The notes beneath the pieces were generated by a model, which saw nothing but the letters and a program-made list of their open reading frames with translations, did not search any database and was not told where the DNA came from. From NCBI GenBank assembly GCA_043827405.1, contig JBDRPD010000003.1, forward strand, positions 1-64,000: a stretch of 64,000 bases of DNA, in the 5' to 3' direction. The DNA is from Elusimicrobiota bacterium. Its GTDB lineage: Bacteria > Elusimicrobiota > Elusimicrobia > UBA1565. Position numbers and translations under genes: made by a program. The first letter of the stretch is position 1; the number at the start of each line of letters is the position of its first letter. Below are positions 31,383 to 38,147 of the stretch, piece by piece.

Positions 31383-33316
31383 GGCCGGTCTCCGAGGCCG
31401 AGCCACTTGAGCAGGCCGCCCACTGCGGCTTGGTGCGCCGCCTCCGCTATCTCTCCGTCCGCCGCGGCACGCAGGCGGGCGCTGCGGGCGGCGCGAGCGG
31501 TGTCGGATGCCTGCAGGCGGTCGCGGCTGGTAATGCGCGCCTGCCGGTATTTATTTCTGGCGATATCCAGCGCTTCCAGCTGCATGTTTTCAAGCCGTTT
31601 GGTTAACTCGACCCGTTCGATCGCCAATCGCAAGCGGGCCAGGGAGATGCGCACGTCGCGTCCGATCCTTAACCGCAGCGTATGGGTCTGTGCTTCCGAT
31701 ATTAGACGGGAACTGGCGGCGGCCAGCCGCTCCCCCGCGGCGGCGCGGCCGCCGAAGACATAGGACAAGTTAAGGCCGACTCTCCAGGTGCGAAAACCGG
31801 CGCGGTTGAGTTGGTGCAGGCTCTCTTCGTTGCGGTCCTTTAGGCCCGACCACCCGAGGCTCCCGGAAAGGTCCAAAGACGGCAGGCCGAGTCCGGATAG
31901 AGATTCGATGTGCAGACGGTCGCGCTGCGCCCGCAGTTCGCTCGCTTGCAGGTCGGGGCGTTCACGCAGGGCGTGCTCTAGGGAGGCCTGCTCCTGTGGG
32001 GCCGGGCCGGGAAAGAAGGGCTTCTGAAGCTCGCCGTCCGGCAATGGGGCGGCCATGAGGAGTCTTAGTTCCTCTCCCCGCTCGAGGATTAGTTCATCGG
32101 CCTGCAGAACTTCGAGATCCTTGGACAGCAGCGATGTTTCAGCCCGCAATAGATCGTCTTTTTCCGCTTCGTAGCGCTGGGCAAGCTTTTTTGTCGTGTC
32201 GAGGAATTCGCGCGCGTCCTCCCGGGAACCGCTGAGAACCTTTTTGTTCTCGTGGCTGAGCCAGAGCTCCGTATAAGCGGTTGCGACCCGTTGGGCGAGC
32301 AGTTCAGAGGCGCGGTCGAGATCCGCCCGGGCCGCGCGCACGTCGATAGCCGCTTCCCGCAGCGCGCTGCGTTCGGGGCGGCCGATAAAGCCTTTGAGCA
32401 GGGATTGCGTTACGGATAGATCAAGCTTGGATCTCGTGCGCGGATTGAGGGTGAAGGTGGAGCTGACGTCGTCGATCTCTTTGGCCAGCGAGGAGTCGAG
32501 CGCGAGGCCGGTGCCGGTGGCGAAGCGCTTGGCCAGCCCGATGCCGGCGCTGTCGGTGATGGTGCGCGGGGTTTGGAAAAACACGGCGGGCGGCGTTTTG
32601 GCATCGAGGCGTTGGATGGCGGCGCTGATCGACGTGTCGTAAGCGCCGAGCAGCGCCAGTTGCCGGGCCAGCGCCGCCTGATGCGCGGCGCGGACGGGGG
32701 CAAGTTCGGGATTGTTTTTCAGCGCGCTGTGCACCGCGGTCAGCACCGGAAAGGGGGGGCGGTGTACGCTGGGGACCGACAAGGCGTCCGCGGTGCCGGG
32801 AATCGCCAGCAGCAGCGCGCCGAGCAGGGGCAGCAGCTTGGCCCGGATATTCGCCATGGCGGAGCGCATCGTTTTCCTTTCCGCGCCGGAGACGCCGGCG
32901 TAGATGGTCTTGAGCAGCTTGATAATGCCGGGCCAGAAGGCGCGTATTTTTTTGCGCCCGGCCGGCGTGATCTCGATCAGGGTTATCCGGCGGTCTGCGC
33001 GGGTGCGCAGACGGCGTACCAGTCCGGCCTTCTCCAGCGTATCGGTCAAGCCGGTCACGTTGGCCTGGGAGACCAGCAGCTGCATGCTGACCGCGCTCAT
33101 CGGCAGCGGTCTCTCCTGGCCGTCGAGCAGGAACAGGATGCCCATGGCCGGCGGCGTCAGGCCATGCGGCCGGAGCTGCTTGGAGAGGGTGCGAAAGAGC
33201 ATGTCGAAGGTGCGGATGATGCCGATATGCGTCTCGATGAGTTCGGGATCGAATCCGGGATAGTTCTCCGCCATGTGGGCGAAGCGCTCGCGCATGGGAT
33301 CTTTCGGCTGCGGCAT
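31379..33316 (-). CDS. In-frame fusion: MarR winged-helix regulator + signal peptide + TolC-family outer-membrane protein
   Basis: aa ~25-160 MarR (GLT, SQANVTGLTDTLEKAGLVRR, DRRITLIEITPAG); aa 161-178 LLPLLGALLLAIPGTADA; aa 179-645 TolC-like (ALKNNPEL, LSVTQSLLKG, ALRERPDL, LPSLDL, WRVGLNLSY). No intervening stop. Confidence 0.85.
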   Translation of the reverse strand: MPQPKDPMRERFAHMAENYPGFDPELIETHIGIIRTFDMLFRTLSKQLRPHGLTPPAMGILFLLDGQERPLPMSAVSMQLLVSQANVTGLTDTLEKAGLVRRLRTRADRRITLIEITPAGRKKIRAFWPGIIKLLKTIYAGVSGAERKTMRSAMANIRAKLLPLLGALLLAIPGTADALSVPSVHRPPFPVLTAVHSALKNNPELAPVRAAHQAALARQLALLGAYDTSISAAIQRLDAKTPPAVFFQTPRTITDSAGIGLAKRFATGTGLALDSSLAKEIDDVSSTFTLNPRTRSKLDLSVTQSLLKGFIGRPERSALREAAIDVRAARADLDRASELLAQRVATAYTELWLSHENKKVLSGSREDAREFLDTTKKLAQRYEAEKDDLLRAETSLLSKDLEVLQADELILERGEELRLLMAAPLPDGELQKPFFPGPAPQEQASLEHALRERPDLQASELRAQRDRLHIESLSGLGLPSLDLSGSLGWSGLKDRNEESLHQLNRAGFRTWRVGLNLSYVFGGRAAAGERLAAASSRLISEAQTHTLRLRIGRDVRISLARLRLAIERVELTKRLENMQLEALDIARNKYRQARITSRDRLQASDTARAARSARLRAAADGEIAEAAHQAAVGGLLKWLGLGDRP

Positions 33317-33321
33317 GCCCT

Positions 33322-33350
33322 AGGATAATACTTAAGGACTTAACTATCAA
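33322..33350 (-). promoter_or_regulatory. sigma70 promoter of marR-tolC with an overlapping inverted-repeat operator
   Basis: TTGATA-17 nt-TATCCT then 5 nt to the ATG; inverted repeat ATACTTAAG-GA-CTTAACTAT at 33328-33347. Confidence 0.7.
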
Positions 33351-33367
33351 GGCCTAAATATTATTGC

Positions 33368-33458
33368 AGGTCCACCGGCCCAGGCCCCGGTGGGCCGATT
33401 TATCGGGCTATTTTGGGACTTTGGACACGCGGGGAAGGGAGCTTCTTCCATATATAAT
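33368..33458 (+). promoter_or_regulatory. Three RGGNC-N4-GNCCC-like boxes followed by TATAAT
   Basis: AGGTCCACCGGCCC (33368), a half-match GGGCCGATTTATCG (33392), GGGACTTTGGACAC (33415); TATAAT at 33453. Confidence 0.45.
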
Positions 33459-33483
33459 CCAGATACCTGAGGAGAAACCCATT

Positions 33484-36400
33484 ATGAAACATCTACGCAC
33501 AGCGCTTACCGTCTTCATTTCCGTCAGCCTGATCACTTTGTCGCCCGGACTCGGCGCCTATCGCGCCTGTGCCAGCATGATCGGCGCGGCGACGGCGGTC
33601 AAAGGTTCCGCCGCCGGCGTCAACGGCGCGGTCGGCGCGGCCGTCGGCAATCCCGCTCTCATCCGCTCCCTGAGCGTGACTCCCGTCAACCTGAACCTCA
33701 ACTCCGGCGTTCTTCCCGGTATGAGTTCGCTGCCGGGTTCCGTTATCGCGCCGCATGCGGGTGTCCGGCTTGCGCCCAGCCTGATGGTTCAGACGCAGAT
33801 TTCAGGCGCGGCGGCGGCGCTTCCGCTCAAGGCGGCGCTTTCCGTCAAGACGAGCCGTGCGCCGCCGGCGGCAAAAAAGACGCAGTCTCTCCTCAAGAGC
33901 CTCAGCCTTGCGCTGCCCAAGTTCGGCGAGATGTCCGGCGCCGAGGCCAAGTCCTCCGCCCAGACCGACTTCCTGAGCCGTATCGGCAGCTATAAGTCCC
34001 GCGGCGAGTCCGCCGCGGTCGCGCCCAAGGCCTCGGTCTTTCAGAGCCTGCGGCGTGGAATGCGGCTGAGCGCCGCCAAGAAGTCCTCCAAGAAAGAGGA
34101 TATGCCGGACTACGGGCGCGATGATGATCGCAGTTCGGAACCGGACTATAATGATCTGGACGAGCTGGGCAATGAACGCCGCCGGCAGGACCCCGGTCCG
34201 GACGATGGCTACGACGAGTTCGGCGGCGACGGCGGCCGCGGCAACAGCGATCTTTTCGGCTTCATGCCCTTGGTGTTCGCGGGCTCGAGCCTGTTTATCG
34301 CGCCGCTCTTGGGCGCGCTTTCGCTCCCGGTGATGATCGGCACCTATCTCGCCGTCGTCCTGCCGTCTTTGGTGCTCCATGAGATGGGCCATGCCTGGGC
34401 GGCCGACAAGCTCGGCGACCCCAGCGCCCGCCTCGCCGGACGCATGAGCTTCAGCCCCCGGAACCTCTGGAATCACCTGAATATGCCGCTGAGCTTCAAC
34501 CTTTTCGGCCGGCAAATCTCCATCCCGCTGGGCATGAGCTTCGTGCTGCCGCTTGGGATGATGACGATCTCAATGCTGACTGTGGGCGTGCCGATCCTGT
34601 TCGGCGGCGCGCGGCCGGTTCAGGTCAATTCCGGCAATCTCGCGAGCCCCGCGCAGAACCGGACGGCCGCCAAGGGCATGGGACTTGTCGCCTTGGCCGG
34701 CCCGGCGGTTAACTTCGGCATCGCCGCGCTCGCCGGCCTGACGCATTTCGGTCTCATGGCCGCGGGCGTGGGCGGCGCGGTGCTGCCGGTTCTGGCGGCT
34801 TCGGTCTTCCTTAATGTGCTGCTCGGAGTCTTCAACCTGCTGCCGTTCGCGCCGCTTGACGGGCATCATGTCGGGCGCTCGTTTCTCGCCGACACCCTCG
34901 GCCGGCCGGACTGGGCCGAGAAGGCTTACGGCAGCGCCGAAGGCTATATGAGTCCGGCCGCCCGCGCGGTCAATATCTACGGGCTGATCGGAACGGTTCT
35001 GTTCATGCTGGGGCCGGTGCTGGGCGCGGTGCATTTGATCTCGAGCGTCTTCCTCGCCGGCTCATCGTGGCTGGTGAGCTCGGGCGCGCTGGCGGCGTCG
35101 GGCGTTCTCCCGGCGGTCGGCGCGCTGGGTCTCATGGTCGGCCAAATCCTCGGCGGCGGCAGCACCATGGGCGGCAATTCGGACGGCGCCAAGTCGGAGC
35201 CGGCCGTTGAGATTCCGGACGCCCGCGAGCTTATCGTACGCTTTGACGGCGCGAAGTCGAAGCTTTCGGCGGACCATCATCTCAGCCTGGTGGACGTCGG
35301 CGCCCAGGGCGGCATGCGGCTCTATCAGGCGACCGTGCAGGGGATGATGGCGCAGCTGCACCTGTCGGGTCTGGACATGAGCCTGCTCCACCGCTTCGGC
35401 GCCACTCCGATCGCCACCTATAAAAGGATAAACGCGGCGACCCTGCGCATGCCGGCCTCGCAGAAGGACGCCATGAAGCAGGCGCTCACAGCGCGCGGCT
35501 TCAAGGTCTACGAGAACGAGCGGCGCGAGATCGTGCGCCCGATCGAGGACGATCCGAACGTGCAGATGCCGCAGGCCGCGCCGCAGCGGGGAGCGGTTTC
35601 TATGAAGGAGACGCTCGAAATTTCCACTATGGACAAGGTCCATGAAGCGGCACGCCAGCGGTGGGGTTCGCCGCAGCGCAGCGACTGGCGCGCGCGGCTG
35701 CTGAACTTCCTGCTCACCAAGGTGCTGCGCGGCAGCATCGCGCAGCCCAATATCGGCGTCATCGATACCGGGGTGGAGAAAGACCATCCGCTGATCGCCC
35801 CCGGCCTTAAAGCCGCCAAGGACGTCGATCCCAACGGCAGCGGCGCCGACAGGAACGGGCATGGGACCTGGGTGACGTCTATGGTGTTCTGGTTCGCCCC
35901 CTGGCTCAAGAATATCACGCATTATAAAATCTTCGGCGATAACGGCGGGGCGACCCTCGACGACGTGCTCAAGGGTCTGACCATGGCCGGCAACGACAAG
36001 AACATCGTCATCTCCAACTCCTGGGGCTCCGACGACGGCGACCCGAACAGCCCGGACTCCATGCTGGTCAAGAAGTTGGCGGAAGAGGGGCATATCATGG
36101 TATTCGCCGCCGGGAACGCCGGCTATCGGGGCGCCAATACCATCGGCTCTCCCGCGATATCGCATTACGTGGACGCCAAGACCGGCGCGCCCCGGGTGAT
36201 CGCGATCGCCTCTACCGACCGCAATAAGGCGGTTTCGAGCTTCTCCTCCAAGGGGCCGGGCAGCCGCAAGACGCGCAATATCCCGGATTATCCGCGCAAA
36301 CCCAACGCCGCCGAGCAGGGCGACAATACCGAGGGCGCCTGGCTGGGCGGCAGGACCCGGGCCATTTCCGGAACCTCGATGTCGACCCCGAAGTTCGCGG

Positions 36401-36705
36401 GGACGATTGCCATGCTGGCGCAGCTCTTCGGCGTGACCGAGGTCGGCGAGGACCTCGACCGGATCGTCAACGCCGTTATGGGCACTCTCGTGAACCCGAA
36501 AAATGAGACGCCGACGGCCATCGGGGACGGCTTCAGCGCCGCTTACGCCGCCTATGAGCGGCTTAATGCGACCGGCTTCATGCCGGTTAAGCGCGGGCTG
36601 GTCCGGCGCCTGCTTATTTGGCTGCTGGACCGCGCTCAGGTCGGCGGCGAGGCGCCAAAAGCGCCGCCCGCTCCCGCGGCAGACGAAAGAAACGTAGAAA
36701 AATAA
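33484..36705 (+). CDS. Membrane protein fusing an M50 site-2 metalloprotease to an S8 subtilase
   Basis: GAGGAG SD before ATG 33484; signal-like N-terminus; HEMGH (34378) and NLLPFAPLDG (34834); S8 triad IDTG (35764), NGHGT (35860), GTSMS (36370); oxyanion motif FAAGN. Confidence 0.9.
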   Translation: MKHLRTALTVFISVSLITLSPGLGAYRACASMIGAATAVKGSAAGVNGAVGAAVGNPALIRSLSVTPVNLNLNSGVLPGMSSLPGSVIAPHAGVRLAPSLMVQTQISGAAAALPLKAALSVKTSRAPPAAKKTQSLLKSLSLALPKFGEMSGAEAKSSAQTDFLSRIGSYKSRGESAAVAPKASVFQSLRRGMRLSAAKKSSKKEDMPDYGRDDDRSSEPDYNDLDELGNERRRQDPGPDDGYDEFGGDGGRGNSDLFGFMPLVFAGSSLFIAPLLGALSLPVMIGTYLAVVLPSLVLHEMGHAWAADKLGDPSARLAGRMSFSPRNLWNHLNMPLSFNLFGRQISIPLGMSFVLPLGMMTISMLTVGVPILFGGARPVQVNSGNLASPAQNRTAAKGMGLVALAGPAVNFGIAALAGLTHFGLMAAGVGGAVLPVLAASVFLNVLLGVFNLLPFAPLDGHHVGRSFLADTLGRPDWAEKAYGSAEGYMSPAARAVNIYGLIGTVLFMLGPVLGAVHLISSVFLAGSSWLVSSGALAASGVLPAVGALGLMVGQILGGGSTMGGNSDGAKSEPAVEIPDARELIVRFDGAKSKLSADHHLSLVDVGAQGGMRLYQATVQGMMAQLHLSGLDMSLLHRFGATPIATYKRINAATLRMPASQKDAMKQALTARGFKVYENERREIVRPIEDDPNVQMPQAAPQRGAVSMKETLEISTMDKVHEAARQRWGSPQRSDWRARLLNFLLTKVLRGSIAQPNIGVIDTGVEKDHPLIAPGLKAAKDVDPNGSGADRNGHGTWVTSMVFWFAPWLKNITHYKIFGDNGGATLDDVLKGLTMAGNDKNIVISNSWGSDDGDPNSPDSMLVKKLAEEGHIMVFAAGNAGYRGANTIGSPAISHYVDAKTGAPRVIAIASTDRNKAVSSFSSKGPGSRKTRNIPDYPRKPNAAEQGDNTEGAWLGGRTRAISGTSMSTPKFAGTIAMLAQLFGVTEVGEDLDRIVNAVMGTLVNPKNETPTAIGDGFSAAYAAYERLNATGFMPVKRGLVRRLLIWLLDRAQVGGEAPKAPPAPAADERNVEK

Positions 36706-36719
36706 TAAGAAATATTTAT

Positions 36720-36785
36720 AGGCCCTAAGACCCTAAGAGACCTGGGCCTCTTGTCCCTTTAATGAAAACGGCATACGGCTACACT
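36720..36785 (+). promoter_or_regulatory. Two RGGNC-N4-GNCCC boxes followed by a TACACT -10-like element
   Basis: AGGCCCTAAGACCC (36720) and GGGCCTCTTGTCCC (36744), 24 bp apart; TACACT at 36780. Confidence 0.45.
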
Positions 36786-36806
36786 GGTGGTGGACGGGAA
36801 TCGGCA

Positions 36807-37205
36807 ATGAAGACCGCAGCGAAAACTTCGATACTCCTGGTGGACGACGACGATAATTTCCGCGAAACCATGTCGGACGCGATGGCTTTGCGGGACGTCG
36901 AAATCCAGGGAGCGACCAACGGGGCGCAGGCGCGTACGAGCCTGCAGTCTCATACGCCTTCCTTGATACTGCTGGATGTTCAGCTGCCGGACACCCAGGG
37001 CTTCGCTCTCTGCCGCGATATCAAGCAGGACGAGCGTTATAAAAACGTGCCGGTCGTGCTGTTGTCGGCGAAGTATACGGAGCCGGCGGATCGAGTCGAA
37101 GGCATGCTTTGCGGCGCCGACGCATATCTCTCCAAGCCCATTAAGTTGGATGCGCTTTTCGACGAGATGGAGTACCTTCTTGACAAGGCGGGTCGAGCCT
37201 GCTAA
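36807..37205 (+). CDS. Single-domain response regulator (receiver only)
   Basis: ILLVDDD, LILLDVQLP, LLSA, YLSKP; alternative start at 36762. Confidence 0.9.
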   Translation: MKTAAKTSILLVDDDDNFRETMSDAMALRDVEIQGATNGAQARTSLQSHTPSLILLDVQLPDTQGFALCRDIKQDERYKNVPVVLLSAKYTEPADRVEGMLCGADAYLSKPIKLDALFDEMEYLLDKAGRAC

Positions 37206-37208
37206 TAT
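37180..37208 (+). promoter_or_regulatory. Near-consensus sigma70 promoter for the trxA-polA-rho run
   Basis: TTGACA-17 nt-TAATAT with a TGn extension, overlapping the 3' end of the response regulator gene. Confidence 0.65.
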
Positions 37209-37269
37209 GTCTTTGTCGTTGACGTAGCGTCGTTCTCTCCGCATTTTTCCCCGCTTCTAGGAGGCCTGG

Positions 37270-37605
37270 ATGTCCGCCGAGATTCAGCTAACTGACGATA
37301 CTTTCGAGAAGGAAGTTCTGCAGAGCAGTGAACCCGTTTTAGTCGATTTTTGGGCGCCCTGGTGCGGCCCTTGCCGCATGATCGCGCCGATCGTTGAGGA
37401 GCTGGCCGAGGAGTATGCGGGGAAGGCCAAGATCGCCAAGCTCAATACGGACGAGAGCCCCAATACGGCTACGAAGTTCAATATTTCGGCCATTCCGACC
37501 ATGCTGTTCTTCAAGGGTGGGGAGGTCGAAAAGCAGGTGGTCGGCGTTCATTCGAAGGCCGACATAAAAAAGATTCTTGACGAGCTTCTCGGGACGAACA
37601 CTTAG
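37270..37605 (+). CDS. trxA: Thioredoxin
   Basis: VDFWAPWCGPC, IPT; AGGAGG SD. Confidence 0.97.
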   Translation: MSAEIQLTDDTFEKEVLQSSEPVLVDFWAPWCGPCRMIAPIVEELAEEYAGKAKIAKLNTDESPNTATKFNISAIPTMLFFKGGEVEKQVVGVHSKADIKKILDELLGTNT

Positions 37606-38119
37606 CGTCCCGGCGGCGCTTTTCGCGCTGCTCCTGGCGGCCGGCTGTACGCCTCCGGGGGATGGGTCCGGTGGAGATGCCGGGCTCGGAGAACCCGCGC
37701 CGGAGTTTGCGCTCAAGGACCTGACGGGGCGGATTGTCCGGCTCGCGGATTTTAAGGGGAAAGTCGTTCTTATCGACTTTTGGGCGACGTACTGTCTCCC
37801 CTGCCGGGACGCCATACCCGAACTGCAGGCGCTCCATGATAAGCATCAGGCGGAGGGCTTCGCGGTCATCGGGATCAGCGTGGACGCTTATGCCGGACAT
37901 GTGCCGGACTTCGTTCGCGAGCTGGGTGTGAAGTACCCTGTCGTTTTGGATCCGGAGCAGGAGACGGCGAGATCGTTCGGCTTCAGCCAGCTGCCGACGA
38001 CCTTCCTCGTGGACCGCTCCGGCAGGATACGCCGGAAATGGCTCGGATACGATCCCGCGATCGCCGAGGAAATTCACCGTGAAGTCGCAGCAGCGCTGCA
38101 AGATAAAGGAACCTCCTAG
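37577..38119 (+). CDS. TlpA/ResA-family thiol-disulfide oxidoreductase lipoprotein
   Basis: Lipobox LAAGC; APEFAL, DFWATYCLPC, LPTTFLVD. Start uncertain. Confidence 0.88.
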   Translation: MTSFSGRTLSVPAALFALLLAAGCTPPGDGSGGDAGLGEPAPEFALKDLTGRIVRLADFKGKVVLIDFWATYCLPCRDAIPELQALHDKHQAEGFAVIGISVDAYAGHVPDFVRELGVKYPVVLDPEQETARSFGFSQLPTTFLVDRSGRIRRKWLGYDPAIAEEIHREVAAALQDKGTS

Positions 38120-38147
38120 CCGCACCTGCTAACCCTTGTCTCCTGTT

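Noticed and set aside
33364..33483. Extra 40 aa at the N-terminus of the M50-S8 protein
   Set aside because: Covers promoter-like sequence; a GAGGAG SD supports ATG 33484 and puts the signal-like segment at the N-terminus.
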